Assembly: GCA_963755065.1 (NCBI GenBank)
Contig: CAVWIM010000018.1
Coordinates: 242,278 to 306,277, forward strand
Source: an uncultured beta proteobacterium
GTDB lineage: Bacteria > Pseudomonadota > Gammaproteobacteria > Burkholderiales > Casimicrobiaceae
DNA length: 64,000 nucleotides
Direction of reading: 5' to 3'
Of the stretch, positions 24,934 to 35,757 are shown in pieces. Within the stretch, counting starts at the first letter, position 1, and every line of letters begins with the position of its first letter. The notes under the pieces were generated by a model, which saw nothing but the letters and a program-made list of their open reading frames with translations, did no database searches and was not told where the DNA came from. Position numbers and translations under genes: made by a program.

Positions 24934-25706
24934 TTGAATTGGGCGTCAACATCGACCACGTCGCGACCTTGCGGCAGGCACGGCAAACCTACGAGCCGGA
25001 TCCCGTCTGGGCCGCGGTCGAGGCGCACATAGGCGGCGCCGATGGAATCACCGTGCATCTGCGCGAGGACCGGCGGCACATCCAGGACGAGGACGTGCGT
25101 CGCCTGCGCGAGCTCGTCCACATCAAGCTCAACCTGGAAATGGCGGCGACGGACGAAATGCTCGCCATCGCCTGCAAGCTGCGCCCTGAGATGGCGATGC
25201 TGGTTCCCGAAGGACGGCACGAGATCACGACCGAAGGCGGACTCGACGTCGCGGGACAGCAGGCGAAGCTCAAGGCGGCCGTCGCGCGCCTGGCCGATGC
25301 CGGCATTGTGACGTCGGTGTTCATCGACGCGCTTCCGGTACAGGTCGATGCGGCGGCGCGCATCGGCGCGAAGGTGTGTGAAATCCACACCGGCCCGTAT
25401 GCGCACGCGTTTCATGCCCAGGGCCGCGATCCCTTGGGCGCCGCCGCCGCAAGGGAATTGGCGAAGATTCGCGCCGCCGGCGAAGCCGTGCTCGGGTACG
25501 GAATGCGTTTCAACGCGGGCCATGCGCTCAACTATTTCAACGTCCAGCCCGTGGCGGCGCTGCCCGGTGTGCGCGAGCTGCATATCGGCCATGCCATAGT
25601 CTCGCGCGCGGTCTTTGTCGGCCTGCGCGAAGCGGTGCGGCAGATGAAGGCGTTGTTGCGCGAGGCGGCCGCAACAGGTCCCGCGGCAGGGCCGGCGCTC
25701 CCATGA
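24930..25706 (+). CDS. pdxJ: Pyridoxine 5'-phosphate synthase
   Basis: [44 protein letters not shown]; GTG start overlaps recO stop. Confidence 0.97.
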   Translation: MIELGVNIDHVATLRQARQTYEPDPVWAAVEAHIGGADGITVHLREDRRHIQDEDVRRLRELVHIKLNLEMAATDEMLAIACKLRPEMAMLVPEGRHEITTEGGLDVAGQQAKLKAAVARLADAGIVTSVFIDALPVQVDAAARIGAKVCEIHTGPYAHAFHAQGRDPLGAAAARELAKIRAAGEAVLGYGMRFNAGHALNYFNVQPVAALPGVRELHIGHAIVSRAVFVGLREAVRQMKALLREAAATGPAAGPALP

Positions 25707-25719
25707 GCGCGGCGTATCC

Positions 25720-26688
25720 ATGAACAACGCGGAGACGGCACGCGGCCCAGTCATCCTCGGCATCGAGGGGACTGCGCTCACCGATGCCGACCGTTCGCGA
25801 TTGCTGCATCCGCTCATCGGCGGCGCGATCCTGTTCTCGCGCAACTTCGAGTCCAGCGCGCAACTCCGGCTGCTGACCGCGTCGATCCGCACGCTGCGCA
25901 CGCCGTCGCCGCTCATCTGCGTCGACCACGAAGGCGGACGTGTGCAGCGGTTCAGGGATGGCTTCACGGCCATCCCGGCGATGCGCACGCTCGGTGAAAC
26001 GTGGGACAGCGACGTCGCCCGCGCGGCAGCGGAAGCACAGCGATTGGGCGAGCTCATCGCGCGCGAGCTGCGCGCGCACGGTGTGGACTTCAGTTTTACA
26101 CCGGTGCTCGACCTCGATTTCGGCGCCAGTAGTGTGATTGGCGACCGTGCGCTCCACGGCAATCCCAACGCGGTAGCGCATCTCGCCTCCTGCCTGCGGC
26201 GCGGGCTCAACGCGGGGGGGTGCGCAGCGGTCGGGAAGCACTTTCCCGGGCACGGCTTCGTCACCGTGGATTCGCACGTCGATCTCCCCGTGGACGAGCG
26301 CACACTGGACACGCTGTTTGTCGAGGACCTCGTTCCATTCGGCGTCCTCGCGCACGAGGGGCTGGAGGCGGTGATGCCCGCGCATGTCGTCTACCCGGAG
26401 GTGGACAACGTCGCGGCAGGATTTTCGCGGGTCTGGCTGCAGGACATCCTGCGCGGACGCCTTCGCTTCGACGGACTCATCTTCTCGGACGACCTGGAGA
26501 TGGCGGGAGCCCAGGCGGCGGGGGACATCGTCGGGCGCGCGAGCGCCGCCGTGGCCGCCGGGTGCGACATGGTTCTCGTCTGCAACGACTTTGCCGCAGC
26601 GGACGACCTCCTGTCCCGCTGGAAGCCGGATGCGCAGCCGGATCTCGCGCGCCGCGCCGCGAGGATGGAAGGAAGGAGCGGGAAGTAA
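25720..26688 (+). CDS. nagZ: Beta-N-acetylhexosaminidase (GH3)
   Basis: VDHEGGRVQR, KHFPGHG...DSH, MPAHV, FSDDLEM. Confidence 0.96.
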   Translation: MNNAETARGPVILGIEGTALTDADRSRLLHPLIGGAILFSRNFESSAQLRLLTASIRTLRTPSPLICVDHEGGRVQRFRDGFTAIPAMRTLGETWDSDVARAAAEAQRLGELIARELRAHGVDFSFTPVLDLDFGASSVIGDRALHGNPNAVAHLASCLRRGLNAGGCAAVGKHFPGHGFVTVDSHVDLPVDERTLDTLFVEDLVPFGVLAHEGLEAVMPAHVVYPEVDNVAAGFSRVWLQDILRGRLRFDGLIFSDDLEMAGAQAAGDIVGRASAAVAAGCDMVLVCNDFAAADDLLSRWKPDAQPDLARRAARMEGRSGK

Positions 26689-26737
26689 GGCCAGACTCGA
26701 CTTTTCACGGCGCCTGCATCATTGGCGACGTGAAACT

Positions 26738-26763
26738 AAAACGCCGCCCCGGGGCGGCGTTTT
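26738..26763. terminator. Bidirectional rho-independent terminator
   Basis: aaaacgccgccccggggcggcgtttt perfect palindrome with A/T tails, between convergent nagZ and iclR. Confidence 0.85.
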
Positions 26764-26787
26764 CGCATTTCGGTGTTTCCTCGTTGT

Positions 26788-27624
26788 CTATCGGCCGTGG
26801 GGCCACTTGCCCCCGAGCCGATGCGTCAATTCCTCGGCCGTATGCGCAACCAGCGGACCCAGTTGCTTGATGCGCTCGTCGGGCAAGCGCGAGGACGGTC
26901 CGGCAAGCGAAATCGCGCCCAGCGTTTCCGCATGTTCGTCGTAGATCGGCCCGGCGACGCAGCGCGTGCCGATCGCGTGTTCCTCGTCGTCGAACGACCA
27001 GCCTCTTTGCCGGATGACGCGGATGCTGGCCCACATCGTCTCGGGCGTAGTGATCGTGTTTCCCGTGATGCGCGGCAGCCCGCGGACCTTCAGGATTGCG
27101 TCGATCTGGTCGTCGGGCAGCGACGCGAAAATCGCCTTGCCCACGCCGGATGCGTGCAGCGGCGCGCGGCTGCCCAGCTTCACGATCGTGCGCATCATTT
27201 CGCGGCACTGCACCTGGTCGACGAAAACCGCCTCGGTTCCGTCGAGGATTGCCAAGTTGACCGTTTCTCCCGACTGGTCCATCAGCCGCCGCATGTACGG
27301 GTGGCTTTGCGCGACGAAGTCCCGGCTCGACAGGAAGCTCGAGCCCACGGCGAACGCCTGCAGGCCGACATACCACCGGCCCAGTTCGCCCGCCTGGTAC
27401 ACATAGCCCATTTTCTCGAGCGTGGCGAGCAGCCGGTGGACCGTCGACGGCGGCAATTGCACGCGCTGGCCGACATCGGTGAGCGTCAGGCCGCCCTCCG
27501 CCTTGGCAAGACATTCGAGGATCGACAGGCCGCGCGTGAGACTCTGCACCTGGCCGGTGACGACGGCGGTCTTGCCGGGCGTGCGGCCCCGCTTGGGCGG
27601 CAGGGCGGGGGGACGATGCGTCAT
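26788..27624 (-). CDS. iclR: IclR-family repressor, close to the IclR/AllR/BhcR glyoxylate-sensing group
   Basis: KRGR...TGQVQSLTRGL, SGETVNLAILD...DQVQC, PLHASGVGKA resemble E. coli IclR as recalled. Confidence 0.8.
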   Translation of the reverse strand: MTHRPPALPPKRGRTPGKTAVVTGQVQSLTRGLSILECLAKAEGGLTLTDVGQRVQLPPSTVHRLLATLEKMGYVYQAGELGRWYVGLQAFAVGSSFLSSRDFVAQSHPYMRRLMDQSGETVNLAILDGTEAVFVDQVQCREMMRTIVKLGSRAPLHASGVGKAIFASLPDDQIDAILKVRGLPRITGNTITTPETMWASIRVIRQRGWSFDDEEHAIGTRCVAGPIYDEHAETLGAISLAGPSSRLPDERIKQLGPLVAHTAEELTHRLGGKWPHGR

Positions 27625-27642
27625 GGGACCTGCGCGTCGGCG

Positions 27643-28383
<741 letters not shown>

Positions 28384-28400
28384 GGTCCGTCGTTGCCCGC

Positions 28401-29512
28401 TCAGCGCGCGGTGCCGACGTTGAGGTGCCGCTCGACCCACTGGCTGTAGCGCGACATGGCGAAGCAGAATATCCAGTAGATGGCGGCGATGAAGAGGTAG
28501 CCCTCCAGGTAGAACTGCCGCCAGTTGGCGTCGCCGCCCAACGCCAGCGCCAGCGACCCGGTCAGGTCGTAGAGGCTGACGATGGTGACGAGCGACGTGT
28601 CCTTGAACGTGCTGATGAAGCTGTTCATGATCGACGGCACCACCATGCGCAGCGCCTGCGGCAGGACGATCTTGCGCTGCGTCTGCCAATACGAGAGGCC
28701 CATCGCGGCCGCGGCCTCGTGTTGTCCCTTGGGAATCGCCTGCAGGCCGCCGCGCACGACCTCGGCCAGGTAGGCCGCCGCAAACAGCGTGATGCCGACC
28801 AGCACGCGCAGCAGCACGTCGACGGTGATGCCCGGCGGCATGAACAGCGGGAACATGAACGACGCCATGAACAGCACCGAAATGAGCGGCACGCCGCGGA
28901 TCAGCTCGACATAGACGATGCACAGCGTGCGGATCGCCGGCAGGTGCGAGCGGCGTCCCAGCGCCACCAGCACCGCGATCGGAAACGCCGCCGCGATGCT
29001 CGAGCGTGGACAGCAGCATCGTGAGCGGAACGCCGCCCCAGCGCGCGGTCTCGACCGGCGTCAGGCCCGCGACGCCGCCGCGCATCAGCACGAAGAAGAC
29101 CGCGAGCACCGCGAGCCACGCCACGACCAGCCACCGGCTCCAGAGCACGCGCGTGCAGCTCGCGACCAGCATGACGACCATGAGCAGCGTGGCGATCAGC
29201 GGCCGCCATTGCTCGTCGAACGGGTAGCGCCCGAACAGGATCAGGCGGTATTTTTCGGCGATGACGCCCCAGCAGGCGCCCGTAGTGTTCGAGCGCGCGG
29301 CAGGCGGCGTTGTCCGGGCGCGTGACGGCGCGGACGACGGCCCAGTCGATGATTTCCGGCAGCCAGGCGCGCGATGCAACGCGACGACGATGACGGTCGC
29401 CAGCGTGCTCTTCCAGTCGGCGAAGAGGTTCGCGCGCAGCCACGCCAGCGGGCCGGCGCGTGCGCACGGGCGGCGGGCGGGCGATGACGGGCGCGTGCAG
29501 CGCGGTGTCCAT
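28401..29512 (-). CDS. aapM: Amino acid ABC permease, frameshifted
   Basis: [50 protein letters not shown]. Confidence 0.82.
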
Positions 29513-29515
29513 CGG

Positions 29516-30685
29516 TCAGCGCTCGCGGATCGCCGAGCGTGCGTTGTACCAGTTCATCAGTGCCGGCGGTGACCAGCGACAGCGTGAGATAGACCGCCAT
29601 GATGACCGCGATGCACTCCACGGCGCGGCCGGTCTGGTTCAGCGTCGTGTTGGAGATCGACACCAGGTCCGGGTAGCCCACCGCCACCGCGAGCGACGAG
29701 TTCTTGGTGAGGTTGAGGTATTGATTGGTCAGCGGCGGAATGATCACGCGCAGCGCCTGCGGCAGCAGCACGAGCTTCAGCGCCTGTCCGCGCGACAGGC
29801 CGAGCGCGCCCGCGGCCTCGGTCTGTCCCCAGGCCACGGCCTGGATGCCGGAGCGCACGATCTCGGCGACGAAGGAAGCCGTGTAGATCGTGAGGCCGAT
29901 GGTCACCGCGAGGAATTCAGGGGTGACGGCACCGCCGCCGGAGATGTTGAGGTCGCTGCGCTCCGGCAATTCCAGCGCCGTCGGCGCGCCGCCGGCGACC
30001 CATCCCAGCAGCGCGCCGGCGACAACGATGGCGATGGCGGGCCAGACCATCGGTCGCGCGATGCCGGTGCGCTCGAACGCGCTGCGCGCCCATCGCCGGT
30101 AGACCCAGGCACCGCGATGCCCAGCGCGAATGCCCGCGACCGTCACCAGGTGCCCGCTGTTCCCATTCGGGGATCGGGAACGACATCCCGCTCTTGCTCA
30201 GGTAAATGCCCGGGAACGGATGCAGCGCGTCGGACGCCGGAGGCAGCCACTCGTTCAGCACGAAATACCACATCAGCAGCTGGATCAGCACCGGAATGTT
30301 GCGGAACAGCTCGACGTATCCGGTGCACAGGCTGCGCACCAGGAAGTTGCGCGACAGCCGGCCGATGCCGATCAGCGTGCCGAGGATCGTCGTGAGCACG
30401 ATGCCGACGACCGCCGCGCGCAGCGTGTTCGACGAGGCCGACGAGAAACGCCTTCCAGTACGGATCGGCCGAGTCGAACGCGAAGACGCTCTCGCCGATG
30501 TCGAAGCCGGCCGGCTGCGTAAAGAATCCGAAGCCGCTCTGGATGCCGCGCACGCGCATGTTTTCCAGCGTGTTGTGCGCGAGGAACCAGACGGCGGCGG
30601 CGATCACCGCCACCGCCACCACCTGGTAGATCAGGCCGCGAGTCGCCCGGCTGCGCCAGGACCAATCGCGTTTCTTGGCACGCAC
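29516..30685 (-). CDS. aapQ: Amino acid ABC permease, frameshifted
   Basis: [53 protein letters not shown]. Confidence 0.82.
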
Positions 30686-30705
30686 GTCCGCGGCTGCCGG
30701 GCGGG

Positions 30706-31746
30706 TTACCGAATCGGCGGCGCGTACATGATGCCGCCCTTGTTCCACTGGTTGTTGAGGCCGCGCGGCAGTTTCAGCGCCGATTGCGGGCCCGACATTG
30801 CGCTCGAAGATTTCGCCGTAGTTGCCGACGGACTTGATCGCCCGGTAAGCCCACTCCTTGTCCAGGCCCAGCAGCTTGCCCGTGTCCTCGGACGTGCCGA
30901 GGATGCGCTGAACCGGCGGATTCGGTGCTCGATTTCATCTGGTCGACGTTCGCCTGCGTGATGCCCGTACTCCTCGGCTTCGAGCAGCGCGTAGATCGTC
31001 CACTTGACCATCGCGAACCACTCGTCGTCGCCGCGCCGGACCATCGGTCCCAGCGGCTCCTTGGAAATCAGCTCCGGCAGGATCACGTAGTCGTCCGGAT
31101 TCGGGGCTTCCTTGTTGCGGATCGACGCCAGACCGGACGCATCGGTCGTGTACGCCTGGCAGCGGCCCGAGAAGAACGCCTTCACGCTCGCCTCGAAGCC
31201 CTCGAACACCACGGGCTTGATCTTGACGTCGATCGACTTGAAGTAATCGGTCAGGTTCTTCTCCGTCGTCGTGCCGGACTGCACGCAGACCTCGGCGTTC
31301 TTCAGTTGCTTGGCGCTGGTGATCTTGCCCTTCTTCGGCACGATGAAGCCCTGGCCGTCGTAGTAGGTGACGACCGTGTCATGTAGAGGCCGAGCGACGC
31401 GTCGCGCGTCAGCGTGAACGTCGTGTTGCGCGAAAGGATGTCGACCTCGCCCGACTGCAGGGCGGTGAAGCGCTGCTGCGCGTTGAGCGGAACCCACTTC
31501 ACCTTCTTCGCGTCGCCCAGCACCGCTGCCGCGATAGCCTTGCAGACGTCGACGTCGAGGCCGACCCAGATTGCCCTGGCTGTCGGCGGCCGAAAAGCCC
31601 GCGAGGCCGGTGTTGACGCCGCACACGACCTGGTCGCGCTGCTTGATCGCGTCGAGCGTCTTGCCCGCATGCGCGTGGGCGGCAAACACCGCGCCACCGA
31701 CGACGAGCAGCGATGCGGAAATGATCTGGAGGGCGGGTTTGCTCAT
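30706..31746 (-). CDS. aapJ: General L-amino acid ABC substrate-binding protein, frameshifted
   Basis: Signal peptide, CGVNTGLAGFS, RFTALQSGEVDILSRNTT, ISKEPLGP, GGIMYAPPIR. Confidence 0.88.
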   Translation of the reverse strand: MSKPALQIISASLLVVGGAVFAAHAHAGKTLDAIKQRDQVVCGVNTGLAGFSAADSQGNLGRPRRRRLQGYRGSGAGRREEGEVGSAQRAAALHRPAVGRGRHPFAQHDVHADARRVARPLHDTVVTYYDGQGFIVPKKGKITSAKQLKNAEVCVQSGTTTEKNLTDYFKSIDVKIKPVVFEGFEASVKAFFSGRCQAYTTDASGLASIRNKEAPNPDDYVILPELISKEPLGPMVRRGDDEWFAMVKWTIYALLEAEEYGHHAGERRPDEIEHRIRRFSASSARPRTRASCWAWTRSGLTGRSSPSATTAKSSSAMSGPQSALKLPRGLNNQWNKGGIMYAPPIR

Positions 31747-31913
31747 GGGAATCTCCTTCGAGGGAAGCTTCGGAGTGCCGGCAAGGCCTGCGGGCGGACG
31801 ATGGCTTTGGATCCTGTCGGGTCGGATAATGACAAACCTTGCCCAGCAACACAAATCCCGCGGATGGACTCGGCCGACGCGCCCGCGCGATTCACTCGAC
31901 TCTCCCTCGCGGG

Positions 31914-34348
31914 TTACGCGAGCTTGAGATGGGGCGTCACTGCAAATATCGTCCCCGCAATGTCGACGGCGTAGCGTGCCCCAAGAATGCGTTCGTCCGA
32001 CAAAGGAGGTTCGCCGGAGATGGCGCGGGCATAGCCCATGGCGATGGCGCGGCCGTATTTGCGGCTGTAGCCGGCCGAGGTCAATTCGCCCACATTGCGA
32101 CCATCCATCAGGATGGGTTCGCCGCCCCAAGGAAACGCCGCGGAATCGTCGAACGTGAACGTCACGAGGCGCTTGCGTATCCCCGATTCCCGCTGCTTCA
32201 CGAGTGCGTCGCGTCCAATGAAGGGCGCGGCCTTGTCCATTTTCACGGCGTAACCAAGACCGGCTTCCCACGGCGTCTCGTCGGGCGACAACTCCGGGCC
32301 CCAGGCGCGCCGTCCGGCCTCGACCCGCAAGGCATCGATCGTGTAGTAGCCCGCATCCCGGAGGCCGTGCGGGCCGCCTGTGCCGCACAGAGCGTCGTAG
32401 AGCGTCACGCACTGGTCCGTCGGGACGACCATCTCGTAGCCGGGACCGCCCACGTAACTCATCCGGGCGGCACGCACGCGCGCGTGTCCGACGTCGATGT
32501 CCGCGGTCATCGAAAACGGCAATCCGGTCTTGGTGAGGTCGTCGGGAGATAGTTCCTTCAGCAACGCCTCGGACTTGGGACCCATCAGCGAGATCACGGA
32601 ATAGGCGCTGGTTACATCGACCAGCGCGGCGAATTCGGCGGGATCGATATGCCGCTCGATCCATGACGCATCGCGCGTCGCCTGCCCCGATCCCGTCATG
32701 ATAAAGAACGTGTCCGGATGAAGGCGCGTGATCGTCAAGTCGCTTTCGAATCCGCCGCGTTCGTTGAGCATCGCCGTGTAGACCATCCTGCCGATCGGCA
32801 CGTCGATTTCGTTCGCGCACAGCCGCTGCAGGACGGCGAGCGCGTCGCGGCCCTTGAGGATGAATTTGGAGAACGACGTCTGGTCGAAGACCACGACACC
32901 CTCGCGGCAGGCGCGCTGCTCGTCGAGGACGTACGGAAGCCAGTCCGGCGTGTCGAACGTGTACGGCGCTTCCGCGGCGCCTGGTGGCAGGAAGTAGTTG
33001 GCGCGCTCCCAGTTGAGCTTGGTGCCGAAGACGGCCCGCCTGGCTTTCAGGCGGTCGTACAGCGGCGAGCGGCGCAGCGGGCGCACCGTCTGCAATTCCT
33101 CGCGCGGCCAGCGCATCGCGTAGTGCAGTCCGAGGGACTCGACCGTGCGGTCGGCTAAGTGTTTTCGGTTCGCGTGGAAGGACGCGAAGCGCCGGATATC
33201 GACGTCCCAAAGGTCGAGCGGCGCTTCGCCTCCCACGATCCATTCGGCGACCAGCCGACCGGCGCCGCCGGCGTTCGCGATGCCCGCCGAGTTGAAGCCC
33301 GCGCACACGAAATAGCCCGCGACTTCCGGTGCCTCGCCCAGGATGAAATTGCCGTCCCCCGTGAAACTCTCCGGACCGTTCAACAGCATCCTGATCTCGG
33401 CCGTTTCGAGGCACGGCGTGCGGTGGATCGCGTTCGTCATCAGCACCTCGAACTGGTCCCAGTCCTCGGGCAGCAGCTGGAATTCGAACTTGTCCGGGAT
33501 GCGCGGCGGGTTCCACGGCTTGGCGACCGGCTCGAATCCGCCCATCACGAGGCCGCCGACTTCCTCCTTGTAATAGATGAAGCCGTCCGGATCGCGGATG
33601 ACCGGCAAAGCAGGGGTGACTCCGGGAATCGCCTTGGTGACGATGTAGAAATGTTCGGCGGAATAAAGCGGCACGTTGACGCCTGCCAGGCGTCCGAACT
33701 CGCGCGCCCACTGGCCGCCGCAGTTGACGAGCGTCTCGCAGGCGATTTCGCCTTCGTCCTCGCCGCGTTGCCAGGCGATGCCGGTCACGCGCCCGCCGCG
33801 CCGTTCGTACGCCTGTTACTTTCACGCCCTCGAATATCGCGGCGCCGCGCATCCGGGCGCCCTTGGCCAGCGATTGCGTGAGATCGGTCGGGTTGGCCTT
33901 GCCATCGCCGGGAATCCACACGGCGCCTGCAAGGTCGTCGGTGCGCAATATCGGCGCGATCCTTTGCGCTTCGGCCGGCGTCACATAGTCGAACGCGATA
34001 CCGAAGCTCTTCGCGCGCGCCATCTGGCGCTTGATCAAGTTGCATGCGCTCGGGCGTCTTCGCGACGTTGAGGCTGCCGCATTGCTTCCAGCCGGTCGCA
34101 AGGCCCGTCTCCTGCTCCAGCGTCGAGTAGAGCTCGATGCCGTACTGGCTCATCCGCGTCGCGTTGCGCGTCGCCCGCGTCTGCCCGACAAGGCCCGCCG
34201 CATGCCATGTGGTTCCGCAGGTGAGCTTGCCCTGTTCCAGCACGACGACGTCCGCGACGCCCATCTTGGCCAGGTGATAGGCGGTCGAGGCGCCGACGAT
34301 GCCGCCGCCGACGACGACGACGCGGGCATGCGATGGGGGAGCGGTCAT
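31914..34348 (-). CDS. GcvT-family FAD-dependent oxidoreductase (dimethylglycine/sarcosine dehydrogenase-like, ~810 aa), frameshifted
   Basis: [18 protein letters not shown] motif, [16 protein letters not shown]-terminal folate-binding domain ([29 protein letters not shown]). Confidence 0.88.
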
Positions 34349-34349
34349 G

Positions 34350-35211
34350 TCACAGCTTGAGGGTTGCCACACCCACGACGACGGTCGCGGCGCCGGCCAG
34401 GCGCGCCAGTCCGAAGCCTTCCTTCAACCACAGCGCCCCAATCAATGCCGCGAAGATCACCGAAGTTTCGCGCAATGCCGCCACGGCGGCGACGGGCGCG
34501 CGCGTCATGGCCCAGAGCACGATGCCATAGGCAGCCACGCTGCAGAAGCCCCCCACCAGGCCGCGGCGCCATTGCCTGCGAACATAGCCTGCCGCCATTG
34601 TGCCGCGGCGCGTGCCGATCCACGCCAGGAAGACGATGCCCTCGAGGAAGGTGAGCCACAACACATAGCCGAAGGCGTTGCCGGACGCGCGCGCGCCGGC
34701 GCCGTCGACCAGCGTGTAGATCGCGATGATGGCGGCGTTGGCGAATGCCCAATACGCCGCTGCCGGCGGATGGCGCTCGCGCCGCGCGAACGCGATGCCG
34801 ATGATGCCGATCGATATGAGCGCGATGCCGGCGATCACGTGCGCCTGCGGCAGTTCGCGCAGGAAGATCGCGCCGAGCACGGTGACCAGCAGCGGCGCGG
34901 TACCGCGCATCAGCGGATAGGCGAACGACAGGTCGCCGGTTCGGTACGCCTGCGCGAGTGTCAGGTAGTAGCCGAAGTGAATGACGGTGGAGGCCGCGAC
35001 GAAGACCCAGGCACCTGCCTCGGGAAACGGCAAGAACGGCAGCGCGAGCAGCGAGCACACGGTCGATCCCGGCGACGACCGTCGCCGTGTCGAGCAGCGG
35101 ATCGCCGCCGCCAGCCGACTTGAGCAGCGCGTTCCAGCCGGCATGAAGCATCCCGGCGCCCAGGACCGCAAGGGTGACGCCGAGCGTGAGTTCTACGGGG
35201 GCGGGCGGCAC
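34350..35211 (-). CDS. EamA/DMT family transporter (frameshift ~35070)
   Basis: LHAGWNALLK, GDLSFAYPLMRG, VAALRETSVIFA; multiple hydrophobic segments. Confidence 0.88.
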
Positions 35212-35750
35212 GCAACCGACTCCAGCGCGGCCACGAAATGCGCGAGCGGCGGCGTCGCCGCGCCTTCCACCTTGGCCAGGTCATCCCATAGCCGGACCCG
35301 GACGGCGTCCCGCGCAAACGGCTGCGCTATGAACGCGGCGGCCTCTTCCGGCGCAAAAATGCCGCCTTGCAGCACAAGGCTGCGCTTGGAATCGGCCGAC
35401 AGCGCTTCGTAATAGGCGTCGCGGGTTGCGCACAGGTAACGCTTCGCGTCGACATGCAGCCGGATCGGCACCAGCACATCATCGGGGAACAGCCCGCGCA
35501 GGAACGGCAGCGCCGCGTATTGGTGCAGGTCATCCACGCCCCGCATCGTCGGCGTTTCACCCTGGTCGTTCAGCAGGTGGCCCAGGTCGTGCAAAAGCGC
35601 GGCGGAGACGAGCGCCGGCAAGGCGCCCTCATCTTCGGCGCGCGCGGCCGTCTGCAGTGCGTGCTCGATCTGCGTGACCGGTTCACCGTCGTACGCGCGG
35701 CCGCCTTTGCGGGCGAACAGGATGCAGATATCCGAGATCGAGAGGGCCAT
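35193..35750 (-). CDS. phnZ: HD-domain phosphonate oxygenase, PhnZ family
   Basis: EPVTQIEHALQ, LLHDLGH, LHVDAKRYL, YYEALSADSKRSLVLQGG, RLWDDLAK; lies in a phosphonate operon. Confidence 0.88.
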   Translation of the reverse strand: MALSISDICILFARKGGRAYDGEPVTQIEHALQTAARAEDEGALPALVSAALLHDLGHLLNDQGETPTMRGVDDLHQYAALPFLRGLFPDDVLVPIRLHVDAKRYLCATRDAYYEALSADSKRSLVLQGGIFAPEEAAAFIAQPFARDAVRVRLWDDLAKVEGAATPPLAHFVAALESVACRPPP

Positions 35751-35757
35751 GGGCTCG

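Noticed and set aside
30706-34101. 1131-aa ORF joining the GcvT protein to AapJ; similar chimeras at 16631-18574, 19065-21059 and 36342-38945
   Set aside because: Products of indels plus stop-poor GC-rich frames; each gene has its own start and stop.
31914-34348. Glycine cleavage T protein gcvT
   Set aside because: About twice the length, has an N-terminal FAD oxidase domain, and no gcvH/gcvP or glycine riboswitch nearby.
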